Under the pieces are notes generated by a model. It did no database searches. It saw only the letters and a list, made by a program, of their open reading frames with translations, and had not been told where the DNA came from. The translations under genes were made by a program, and so were the position numbers. This document shows, in pieces, positions 55,992 through 64,000 of a stretch of DNA of 64,000 nt; the first letter of the stretch is position 1, and each line of letters begins with the position of its first letter. Origin of the DNA: Planctomycetota bacterium (GTDB lineage Bacteria > Planctomycetota > Phycisphaerae > Phycisphaerales > SM1A02); NCBI GenBank assembly GCA_046080505.1, contig JBJTUC010000037.1, positions 11,708 to 75,707 on the forward strand. Direction: 5' to 3'.

Positions 55992-57470
55992 CTAGCGCAG
56001 CGGCAGTTCGATCTCACGCACTTCGCCCGACGGCAGCGCCACTCCGATCACGACGCTCAACCGACCGAAGCCGCGCGGCGTCACTGCGCCGCGAGCAAGG
56101 CGCACATAAAAGTCCTCGACGGTGGTCACTGCCTGCCCACCCACCGTCACGATCACGGATCCCGCGGGAATCACTCCCGCGATGCGCGACCCGGCCGTGA
56201 TCTCGCGCACCATGACGCCGCGACGATACGGCGCACCAAGCGCTGTACATGCCTCGGGGGTCGCCGTCACGAGATCCGCGAGACCGAATCGCTGCAGAAT
56301 GTCGGCAAGCTCGATGGCCTCCATCTTTGGATCGCGTTTCGCCAACTCCACCTCGAAGCGCATCTCATTCCCACGCTGCTGCGCCGGATCGGGGCGCCAA
56401 ACCTCAAAGACCACCACTTGCCCTGGCCGGCGCGTGCCGACAATCGATGGCACCTTCTCCGCATCGTTCACCCGCACGCCGTCAATCGAGACAACGACAT
56501 CGCCGACCTTCAACCCCGCCCGCGCCGCGGGACTCTCCGCGGAAACGCGCGTCACCACAGCGCCCTCCCCGCTGTAGTGCTCACTGATGCAGAGAAACAG
56601 CGGATCCTTCAATTGCGGCGGCAGTATGGAACGCACAGGCTGCACAGCGATTCCAGAGAAGCCCTTCTCCACTTCGCCGCGTTCAATCAGTTGCGCGACC
56701 ACGAACTCGATGATGTCCATCGGGATCGCCAGACCGATGCCCCCGAACTGTCCTTGACCAAGCGTTGTGCCGCGTCCCGTAGCGATCGCGGTGTTCATGC
56801 CGATCACGCGTCCATAGATGTCCGTGAGCGGTCCACCTGAATTGCCGGGATTGATGGCGGCATCGACCTGAATGAAGTTTTCGTAGTCCACATCGGCAAG
56901 GCCTGCACTGCGTCCGATGCCTGACACGATGCCAGCACTCATGGAAAAGCGGAACTCAAATGGCGAACCGAATGCGAACACCATGTCGCCCTGCGTGGGA
57001 ATGTCGATGGAGCGCCGCGCGGGCGTCAGATCATCGATCTCCACGCGCAACACGGCGATATCGGTCTTCAAGTCGATTCCCACGAGTTGGGCAGGCACGA
57101 TCTGCCCAGTATGCAGCTGCGCCTCAATCCGCTCCGCCCCGTCCACCACATGCCCATTCGTGACGACATGCCCGAACACGTCGTAGATCCAGCCCGATCC
57201 GGTGTTCACCAGCGTTCGCCCGCCACGCGCCGCGCGCCCACCTGCGGCACTCAGCGAGACGACCGACGGCTCCACGATCGTCGCCACATCACGGGAAGCC
57301 TGATTGAGCTCCTCGAGCATATTCGACTTGGACAGACGCTCTTGCGCCGCGACCATCGCCGCCTCGGATTGCTCGATGGTCAATGATCGAATCGCGCGAG
57401 GCGTCACCACAAGCACAAGCACCGCCGAGACCGCGACGACCACAGCGGGCAGCAGCGTTTGAACGCGCAT
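55992..57470 (-). CDS. htrA: HtrA/DegP-family periplasmic serine protease with two PDZ domains
   Basis: Trypsin-like triad context (VVTNGHVV; DIAVLRV; GNSGGPL) and two PDZ-like C-terminal segments. The ATG shares 1 nt with the panB stop (TGATG). Confidence 0.9.
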   Translation of the reverse strand: MRVQTLLPAVVVAVSAVLVLVVTPRAIRSLTIEQSEAAMVAAQERLSKSNMLEELNQASRDVATIVEPSVVSLSAAGGRAARGGRTLVNTGSGWIYDVFGHVVTNGHVVDGAERIEAQLHTGQIVPAQLVGIDLKTDIAVLRVEIDDLTPARRSIDIPTQGDMVFAFGSPFEFRFSMSAGIVSGIGRSAGLADVDYENFIQVDAAINPGNSGGPLTDIYGRVIGMNTAIATGRGTTLGQGQFGGIGLAIPMDIIEFVVAQLIERGEVEKGFSGIAVQPVRSILPPQLKDPLFLCISEHYSGEGAVVTRVSAESPAARAGLKVGDVVVSIDGVRVNDAEKVPSIVGTRRPGQVVVFEVWRPDPAQQRGNEMRFEVELAKRDPKMEAIELADILQRFGLADLVTATPEACTALGAPYRRGVMVREITAGSRIAGVIPAGSVIVTVGGQAVTTVEDFYVRLARGAVTPRGFGRLSVVIGVALPSGEVREIELPLR

Positions 57471-58456
57471 CAGGTTGTCCCGCCACTCCCCGTGGATCCG
57501 CTTCGCCGGACCGCGCTCGCCGCGGCGAACGCATCCCGCTGCGCATCCGTCATTGTGTAGGGATGCGGGCCAAGGTCGTTCGTGCGTACGCGTTGCATCC
57601 AGCCACGCGCTGCAGCAAGCAACTGCGGACCGAACTCGATCGCAGGCAGCGCGAACGCCGGCTGCCACGCAGTCAGACCGAGCAGATCTTGGAGCACGAC
57701 GACCTGCCCGTGACAGGCGGAACCCGCGCCACAGCCGATCACAGGCACGGACGACTCGCGGACCAACTGCTCCGCCACTTCGGCCGGCGTCGCCTCGACG
57801 AGCAGCATCTGCGCGCCTGCATCGATGAGTGCACGCGCGTCGTCGAGAATCGCGACCGCATCACCGCAACTCTTGCCCGCTGCGGAATAACCGCCTTGCT
57901 GCTTGGACAATTGCGGTCTCGATCCGACATGCGCGACCACGGGGATTCCGGCGCGTGACATCCGAGCCACGAGCGGCGCGAAGGTGCGATCCACTTCGAC
58001 CTTCACAAGATCTGCGTTGCCCTCGGTCATGAAACGACCTGCATTGCGGACACCCTCCGCATCATCCGCCTGGTAACTCAGAAACGGCATGTCTGCCATC
58101 ACGAGCGTGTTGGGTGCGCCGCGTTTCACGCCTGCGGTCAGGGTGATGAGGAAATCAAGCGGCGTATGCACCGTGCTCGGAAAGCCCAGCACCATCTCAC
58201 CCGCCGTATCGCCGACAAGCAGCACTTCGATGCCAGCCTGCTCAAGCCAGCGTGCAGTGGTTGCGTCGTAGCAGGTGAGACATGAGATGCGCTGTCCGCT
58301 GCGCATCATCTTCCAGAGCGAGCGAACAGTCAGCGGTGCGGCCCGCTGCGGCGAATCGGCGATCTCCGACGAGAGCGTGCGACAACTCTCGTCGGTCGCA
58401 GCATTTCGAGGCGTTTCGGCGTGGGAGTGGTGCATGAGTGGCTCGACGGACAGCAT
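57470..58456 (-). CDS. panB: 3-methyl-2-oxobutanoate hydroxymethyltransferase
   Basis: Contains CLTCYDATTARWLEQAGIEVLLVGDTAGEMVLGF and ADMPFLSYQ. There are short N- and C-terminal extensions. Confidence 0.9.
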   Translation of the reverse strand: MLSVEPLMHHSHAETPRNAATDESCRTLSSEIADSPQRAAPLTVRSLWKMMRSGQRISCLTCYDATTARWLEQAGIEVLLVGDTAGEMVLGFPSTVHTPLDFLITLTAGVKRGAPNTLVMADMPFLSYQADDAEGVRNAGRFMTEGNADLVKVEVDRTFAPLVARMSRAGIPVVAHVGSRPQLSKQQGGYSAAGKSCGDAVAILDDARALIDAGAQMLLVEATPAEVAEQLVRESSVPVIGCGAGSACHGQVVVLQDLLGLTAWQPAFALPAIEFGPQLLAAARGWMQRVRTNDLGPHPYTMTDAQRDAFAAASAVRRSGSTGSGGTT

Positions 58457-58500
58457 AGGTCAGCACACGCGCAGCATGCGATCTGCATGTGCGGAGGCGT

Positions 58501-59238
58501 TCAACCTGAACCGAAGCCCGCTGGCATTCGACCGAGTGAACCGCGCAGCGGATTCAGAACTGCATTGTCATGGCCGAGCACCAGAACATCTGCAATCTCG
58601 ACTGCCTCGCGGAAAGATTCCTGAGCCGCCCGCATGTCTTCGCATGGCGTCAAGATGCGCCCCTGAGCGAGATGCTCCTCGGTTGCCACGGCATCGCCAG
58701 TCACCAGCACCGTCGACGACGGGTTTGCAATCAGCAGCCCCGCCATGCCAGGCGTTATGCCCGGCAGCGGGAAGAGATCGACCCCAGGCGCCAGTCGATC
58801 CGGCGCATCCTTCACTCGGCGGCTGACCTCGAGCGTCAGACGAACGAACTCCGCCGCAGCACGCGCCGCGCTCCCCTCAGCGGCGCTCGTCCGCTCGCCC
58901 TCGGTTCGCTGCGAAACTTCCTCGCCGACTTGCGCGAGCCGCTCCCGATCGGGCGCATGCATCCACCACTGCGCTGATGGAAACAGCGAGATACCACGAA
59001 AAAGACCAGGATTCCTGCATGTGAGGAACACATCAGTCACCGCGTCGCATCGCACGGGGGAACGCGACTGCATCCGCGGCAACAGAATGTTCGGCGGCAG
59101 CGATGGATCAACGATGATCAAGTGTTTCCCCGACTCAATCAGCGTGGTCGTCGCATGCGCCTCGCGCACAGCGACCCGTTCATCCCACAGCGGATGTACC
59201 GCAAGCGTCCCAATCGACAGCACTCGATACTGCACCAT
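58501..59238 (-). CDS. MBL-fold protein with degenerate metal-binding motifs (probably non-catalytic)
   Basis: The overall MBL block order is retained, but TCRNPGLFRG replaces THxHxDHxGG and GITPGM replaces GHTPGH. The later GD and GHD blocks are kept. Confidence 0.6.
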   Translation of the reverse strand: MVQYRVLSIGTLAVHPLWDERVAVREAHATTTLIESGKHLIIVDPSLPPNILLPRMQSRSPVRCDAVTDVFLTCRNPGLFRGISLFPSAQWWMHAPDRERLAQVGEEVSQRTEGERTSAAEGSAARAAAEFVRLTLEVSRRVKDAPDRLAPGVDLFPLPGITPGMAGLLIANPSSTVLVTGDAVATEEHLAQGRILTPCEDMRAAQESFREAVEIADVLVLGHDNAVLNPLRGSLGRMPAGFGSG

Positions 59239-59250
59239 GGCTTGCCTCGT

Positions 59251-59823
59251 TCAGTCGACCTGCGCCTCGTGGGCAAGGCGTGCGATCGAAGGACTGGGAT
59301 CGCGCAGCTTCTCGGCAATCGCAAGCGCCACGTTCTCAGGGACGAATGGCCGGAGCTTGTCCACTGAGCCGCCGAACCCGGCAATCTGACGAATCAGGCT
59401 CGATGACAGGAACGCAAACGCCTCCCCGGTCACCACAAACACGGTCTCAATCTCCGCGACCTGGCGATTGGTGATCGCCAGTTGACACTCGGATGCCAGG
59501 TCAGTGACATTTCGAATGCCGCGGATGATCCCGCACGCTCCACGGGTGCGCGCAAAATCGACCGTCAGACCCGAGTAACTCGCGAGCGAAACCGTCGCGC
59601 CTGCAGGCTTGCGCCGCACGACATCCGCCACAAGCGGCTCGAGGAGAGCGAGGCGTTCCTCGGCGGAGAAGAAGTCCTCCTTGTCAGGATTGCGCCCCAC
59701 GGCAACCACCACCTCGTCGAAGAGCCCGCGCGCACGCGAGAGGACATCGAGATGCCCGAGCGTGACCGGATCGAACGACCCGGGATAGATCGCAAGATGA
59801 CGGGCGCGCGGTGCCGATGACAT
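59251..59823 (-). CDS. coaD: Pantetheine-phosphate adenylyltransferase
   Basis: Contains AIYPGSFDPVTLGHLDVLSRA and the ...SSSLIRQIA block. An alternative TTG start at 59895 would overlap the upstream stop. Confidence 0.9.
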   Translation of the reverse strand: MSSAPRARHLAIYPGSFDPVTLGHLDVLSRARGLFDEVVVAVGRNPDKEDFFSAEERLALLEPLVADVVRRKPAGATVSLASYSGLTVDFARTRGACGIIRGIRNVTDLASECQLAITNRQVAEIETVFVVTGEAFAFLSSSLIRQIAGFGGSVDKLRPFVPENVALAIAEKLRDPSPSIARLAHEAQVD

Positions 59824-59891
59824 GCGTTGGAGTGTAGAGGTGGATGCGCTGCGCAATGTGCGTTCACGCACCGCGTTGTTCCGCCGACATG

Positions 59892-60419
59892 TCAACGCGT
59901 GGGCATCTGCCCGGCACCACGCGGCAGTAACCCACCAAGAATTGCCCTGAAATTCTCGCCAAAAACAAAGTTGTGCTCGGGCAACTCAAGCCCAGCGCGA
60001 TTCTGATCGACGTGGCTGAAGATGATCTCGGTCCTGCCGATGTCGGTCCACGATCCATCGCGATGATCCCATCGGCTGATCACTCCCTTGGTGGATGCGC
60101 CCATGTCATCGAGCCGTTCGATGACGGCGTCGTATCGGATCGATTGCCCCGGAACAACATCCTGTTCAAACACCGCCTCAGTCACCTTTGCAAGAATGAC
60201 CTTCTCCGAAAAGTTGCGCACGCTGCCAACCAAGATGCCCGCCGTCTGCGCCATCCCCTCAAGCATCAGCGTGGCAGGCATGAGAGGCTGCGCTGGCCCG
60301 TCCTCTCCCGCAGCAAAGTGCTGATGGAGATGCTCTTCAGCGAGCGACACATTCTTCACCGCCACAAGACGCGCGGCGGGTTCATGCAGGAGGATGGCAT
60401 CGATCCACAGCCAGCGCAT
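59892..60419 (-). CDS. FabA/FabZ-like hotdog-fold dehydratase, copy 1 (divergent)
   Basis: Contains MRWLWIDAIL...VSLAEEHLHQHF...PLMPATLMLEGMAQTAG. There is an insertion between the His and the P-x-x-L-E block. Confidence 0.65.
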   Translation of the reverse strand: MRWLWIDAILLHEPAARLVAVKNVSLAEEHLHQHFAAGEDGPAQPLMPATLMLEGMAQTAGILVGSVRNFSEKVILAKVTEAVFEQDVVPGQSIRYDAVIERLDDMGASTKGVISRWDHRDGSWTDIGRTEIIFSHVDQNRAGLELPEHNFVFGENFRAILGGLLPRGAGQMPTR

Positions 60420-60445
60420 GGTGCGACGACGCTTCCCTTCCCGGG

Positions 60446-60862
60446 TCAGGCAGGCTTCGCCGCACCAGAACTCGCTGCGGAACCTGCACTCAGCTTGGCC
60501 GCAACGAAACTCACGAGGCTGCCGACAGTGAAGATCTCCGAGACCTTCTCCAACTTCGGGTTCTTCGCGAATTCAGAGAAATCCACATGTGGCATGCGTT
60601 CGCGCAGCAGCGCCAGACCGGCTGCGTTCACCACGCCATCTTGCACATACTTCGGATCGTTGATGTTGTCCGGGAAGAGTTCACCCTGGCCGATCTTGAA
60701 CCCGAACGCCTTCTCGATGCGGAACACGATGTCGAGGAAGTCGATCGACTCTGCGTGCAGATCCGTCGTCAGTCGCGCCTCCATCGTCACTTCTTCCTCA
60801 TCCACTCCGAGCGCGTCCACAAGGACGGTGCGAACCTTGCCAAAGATCTCATCCTGCGTCAT
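60446..60862 (-). CDS. Acyl carrier protein with an insertion of about 40 aa and a C-terminal Ala/Ser tail
   Basis: Phosphopantetheine site context LHAESIDFLDIVFRIEKAFG. The protein is 138 aa, against about 80 aa for housekeeping AcpP. The ATG overlaps the upstream stop (ATGA). Confidence 0.75.
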   Translation of the reverse strand: MTQDEIFGKVRTVLVDALGVDEEEVTMEARLTTDLHAESIDFLDIVFRIEKAFGFKIGQGELFPDNINDPKYVQDGVVNAAGLALLRERMPHVDFSEFAKNPKLEKVSEIFTVGSLVSFVAAKLSAGSAASSGAAKPA

Positions 60863-61311
60863 AGCTGCAGACCTCCTGTCGTGCGTTGCTGACCCAACCG
60901 AACTGTTCGCATTGTAAAGCGTCCGCTTGCCGCTGCGCCGGGCAGGGCCTCAGCACTGCCCGCACGCACGACGGATGCGCTCCCACGGAACACCACCGTG
61001 CCATCGCTTTCGACCTTGTCGAGCACCGCTTCGCTGCGCAGCGAGTCGCCAGGGCGGACAAAGTTGCCATACCGCAGGGCTCGTACACCACCGAGCACCA
61101 TGCGCGCTGGTTCGCGACCCGCCGCTCGGTCCCGCGCCATCAGCGTGAGACGAGCCGTCTGCACAAGCGCTTCCAACATAAAAACCCCAGGCAGAACTGG
61201 AAATCCGGGGAAGTGGTCCTGCAGATACTCCTCCGCGAGCGAGACCCCTTTAAGAGTGACGGCACGGTCCGGACCGCACTCGATCACCTGATCAACATGA
61301 CAGAAATGCAT
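60859..61311 (-). CDS. FabA/FabZ-like hotdog-fold dehydratase, copy 2
   Basis: Contains MHFCHVDQVIE...VSLAEEYLQDHFPGFPVLPGVFMLEALVQTA. The start was chosen by alignment to the paralog N-terminus (MRWLWIDAIL); the ORF stays open to 61449. Confidence 0.7.
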   Translation of the reverse strand: MHFCHVDQVIECGPDRAVTLKGVSLAEEYLQDHFPGFPVLPGVFMLEALVQTARLTLMARDRAAGREPARMVLGGVRALRYGNFVRPGDSLRSEAVLDKVESDGTVVFRGSASVVRAGSAEALPGAAASGRFTMRTVRLGQQRTTGGLQL

Positions 61312-61363
61312 GTGTGGCAAGGGTAAGTGATTCGGGCACGGCTGTCCTGCCGATAACAGGATC

Positions 61364-63958
61364 ATGGCAAGGAAGTCGCCTTTGGCTATCGCACGCGCGA
61401 TCCCGTCTGCGGGTCTGCTCCCACCCGCATCACTCACACGCAAGATCATCTGGCTCGCATGCGCAGCGGTTTGGCTTTACCTCTCCGCGAGCCTGATGAG
61501 TTTCTCAGCTGCCGACTGGCCGAGCAACGCAGTCGCCATTCAACAGGACCCCCCACACAACTGGGGCGGCGTGGTCGGCGCAGTCACTGCATTCGGTCTT
61601 TATCAGGCCTTCGGCATCGGCGTTTGGGTGCTCGTGCTCTGTGCCGGCTACGCGCTCGGGGTGACCGCAACAGGACGCTCAGTCGCGCACCCGATTGTGC
61701 GGTCCGTCGGTGCATTCATCGCCATGCTCGCCATCTCCGTGGTGCATGCCTTGTGGCTCCCTGGGTTCGGCCCGCTCGGTGGCGCCGAAGCTGGGCTGAT
61801 CCCCATGTGGATGGCAGATCAACTCTGGATGCGATTTGGCGCGCTTGGAGCAAACATCTTCGCACTTGCCGGTTGTCTGATCGGCTTTGTGGTCGCCGTG
61901 GATGAACTGGTCTTTGCGTTGCCTGGCGCACTCGTGCGAGCGATCGAAGCCCTCGATCCCGTATGGAAGTTCGATTACCGCGGTGCAGTCGGCTCTCTTT
62001 TTGGTTCAGGTCGACGAAGTACGTTGCAGCCAATTCCAGTTGGCGGCGTAGAGACGGGTAGCCCAGACGATGGGGCGGATGGCGATGGAAATGGGAATGT
62101 TTCTTCGGAAACTGCGCTTGACCGCCGCCGCCGACTGATCCGGGGAAACCGGGCAGCGGCGGCCGCGGCAAGCCGTGGGACGGTCCTCGAAGTGAACGAG
62201 GATGATGATGCGAGCGAGGCATACACCGACAGCGACAGGAACGCGGATGAGACAACCGCCGTCGATACCGATGATGCGGAGTCCACCACCACCGAGTCCA
62301 CACGGCAGTCGTTGACCGCAGAAGAACTGCGGGAAAAGATCGCAAAAATGCCTGTTCGGATGGCCAGCGGCGCAAAGGTGATCGCACGCGACGAGGACAT
62401 CCCACGCGAGGTCGACTACACGGGCTACACCTTCCCGACACTCGATCTTCTCGATGTGCCGGAGGAGAACTTCTCTCAGCGCATGGAGCAGTTTGTTCGT
62501 GAGCAGGCCGGTCTTCTGACAGAGACGCTGCAGACCTACGAAATCGAAGGTGAGGTCGTTGGCATCGAAAGCGGACCAGTCGTGACGCTCTACTCGGTCG
62601 AACTCGCGCCAGGCACGCGTGTGGCACGGCTCGACACGATTGCGAAGGACATCGCACGCGCGCTCAAGGCGCCCAACATCCGGATCATCCCCAACATGAC
62701 GGGCAAGTCCGCGATCGGCATTGAAGTGCCCAACCGCGAAAAGGAAAAGGTGCGGCTGCGTGAACTCATGTCGAGCGGGCATGCAGAGGGAATGCGGCTG
62801 CCCATGTTCCTCGGCAAGGACAGCGCAGGCGAACCGCTCGTGCTCGACCTCGCCAAGATGCCCCACATGCTCATCGCGGGCACCACGGGCTCAGGCAAGT
62901 CGGTGTGCATGAACAGCATCATCATGAGTTGGGTTTACACCAAGCGACCTGATGAACTGAAGCTGGTGCTCGTCGATCCGAAGATGGTGGAGATGAGCCA
63001 GTTCGCCGACATCCCGCACCTGATGGCTCCCGTGGTCACCGACATGAATCAGGCGGCTGGCATCCTTGAATGGACCGTCAATCGCATGGAGGAGCGGTAT
63101 GAACTCTTCCGCAATACTGGTGTGCGCGACATCCTTGGCTACAACAGCCTCGGCGAGGAGGCGATCTTTGCCAAGCTGAACCCACCCGACGATGCGGCAA
63201 AGGCCCGCATCCCGAAGAAGTTGCCGTACATGGTGTTCCTCATCGATGAGCTCGCCGACCTGATGCTCACGAACAAGGAAGTGGAGACACACATCGTGCG
63301 CATCGCACAGAAGGCGCGTGCCGTGGGAATCCATCTGGTGCTTGCCACGCAGCGCCCTCAAGCCAATGTTGTGACTGGGTTGATCAAGGCAAACATGCCC
63401 TGCCGAATCGGGTTCAAGGTCGCCAGCGGCATGGATAGCCGAATCGTGCTCGACCAGAAGGGTGCCGAATTGCTTCTTGGTCAGGGTGACATGATGGTTC
63501 TCACCCCAAGCGGCAGCGGCGAACTCCGCCGATGCCAGGGCACGCTTGTGACCGACCTTGAGACCCGCAAGGTGGTCAGCTTCCTGAAGGATGTGGCAGC
63601 CCCCAGCTTCGAGCGAAGTCTCCTTGCCGTAAAGAGTTCCGCACAGGGCGACCCCACCGAGGGCGGCGATATCGACCCCAACGAACGCGACCCCCTCTTC
63701 GACAAGGCGGTCGACATTCTCATCGAAACTGGGCGAGGGTCTGTCAGCCTTCTCCAGCGGCGACTTGCCATCGGCTACGGCCGCGCCTCGCGCCTTGTCG
63801 ATCAGATGTCGCTGGCGGGCATCCTTTCTGACCACAAGGGATCGGTCGCACGCGAGGTGCTGATCACCTCCGACGACTGGGACCGTATGAAGCAGATGGA
63901 GGCGAACGGCGGCGGTGAGTCGGACGAGCTGACGGTTGAACCTGTCGACGAAGATTGA
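61364..63958 (+). CDS. ftsK: DNA translocase FtsK
   Basis: N-terminal TM helices, an acidic linker, a motor domain with AGTTGSGKSVCMNSII and LVLATQRP, and a C-terminal gamma winged helix (LLQRRLAIGYGRASRLVDQM). Confidence 0.95.
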   Translation: MARKSPLAIARAIPSAGLLPPASLTRKIIWLACAAVWLYLSASLMSFSAADWPSNAVAIQQDPPHNWGGVVGAVTAFGLYQAFGIGVWVLVLCAGYALGVTATGRSVAHPIVRSVGAFIAMLAISVVHALWLPGFGPLGGAEAGLIPMWMADQLWMRFGALGANIFALAGCLIGFVVAVDELVFALPGALVRAIEALDPVWKFDYRGAVGSLFGSGRRSTLQPIPVGGVETGSPDDGADGDGNGNVSSETALDRRRRLIRGNRAAAAAASRGTVLEVNEDDDASEAYTDSDRNADETTAVDTDDAESTTTESTRQSLTAEELREKIAKMPVRMASGAKVIARDEDIPREVDYTGYTFPTLDLLDVPEENFSQRMEQFVREQAGLLTETLQTYEIEGEVVGIESGPVVTLYSVELAPGTRVARLDTIAKDIARALKAPNIRIIPNMTGKSAIGIEVPNREKEKVRLRELMSSGHAEGMRLPMFLGKDSAGEPLVLDLAKMPHMLIAGTTGSGKSVCMNSIIMSWVYTKRPDELKLVLVDPKMVEMSQFADIPHLMAPVVTDMNQAAGILEWTVNRMEERYELFRNTGVRDILGYNSLGEEAIFAKLNPPDDAAKARIPKKLPYMVFLIDELADLMLTNKEVETHIVRIAQKARAVGIHLVLATQRPQANVVTGLIKANMPCRIGFKVASGMDSRIVLDQKGAELLLGQGDMMVLTPSGSGELRRCQGTLVTDLETRKVVSFLKDVAAPSFERSLLAVKSSAQGDPTEGGDIDPNERDPLFDKAVDILIETGRGSVSLLQRRLAIGYGRASRLVDQMSLAGILSDHKGSVAREVLITSDDWDRMKQMEANGGGESDELTVEPVDED

Positions 63959-64000
63959 CCCGACTTGGGCCGTTTTTAGGCGGGTGCCCTTGCGATTTCT

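Noticed and set aside
61363-61366. Back-to-back start codons sharing CATG (hotdog copy 2 at 61365 and ftsK at 61364)
   Set aside because: Alignment with the paralogous hotdog protein (MRWLWIDAIL vs MHFCHVDQVI) supports the downstream ATG at 61311. That leaves a 52-bp spacer, short but not overlapping.

Overview
GC-rich chromosomal core segment, about two-thirds G+C by eye. The gene content suggests the PVC group, probably Planctomycetota or Phycisphaerae-like; this is an inference from a DUF1080 protein, a DUF1559-type pseudopilin, multiple groEL copies and MoxR/DUF58/transglutaminase genes. I call about 60 protein genes and one tRNA-Leu(UAA). I recognised no rRNA, CRISPR array, transposase, integrase or phage genes, so there is no obvious mobile or defence island. 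Genes sit in long co-directional arrays, for example 6544-22762 and 53680-61311 on the minus strand and 40467-49058 on the plus strand. At least 10 junctions have stop/start overlaps of the ATGA, GTGA or TGATG type. Recognisable content includes leuS, folC, hrpB, ftsY, nusB, ribH, an lptD-like gene, ruvB, moxR, rnr, thyX, htrA, panB, coaD, ftsK, and a chaperone supercluster groEL1-groES-groEL2-dnaJ-grpE. The items most worth follow-up: (1) a near-perfect sigma-54 -24/-12 promoter and a repeat-rich leader in front of groEL1, with no CIRCE element; (2) three unrelated short tandem-repeat arrays (13, 10 and 12 bp units), each in a convergent gene junction, one forming twin CCATGG hairpins; (3) a hotdog-ACP-hotdog module next to coaD, an MBL-fold protein that has lost its metal ligands, and panB; (4) a four-gene envelope lipoprotein module (CsgG/PEGA-like, COG3014-like, YcfL-like, LpoB-like); (5) a co-transcribed Lon-N-domain plus EVE-domain pair; (6) divergent gene pairs whose start codons are 27 bp or less apart. 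All family assignments come from motif recognition by eye, with no database search. Start codons are often uncertain because upstream in-frame extensions stay open in GC-rich DNA.
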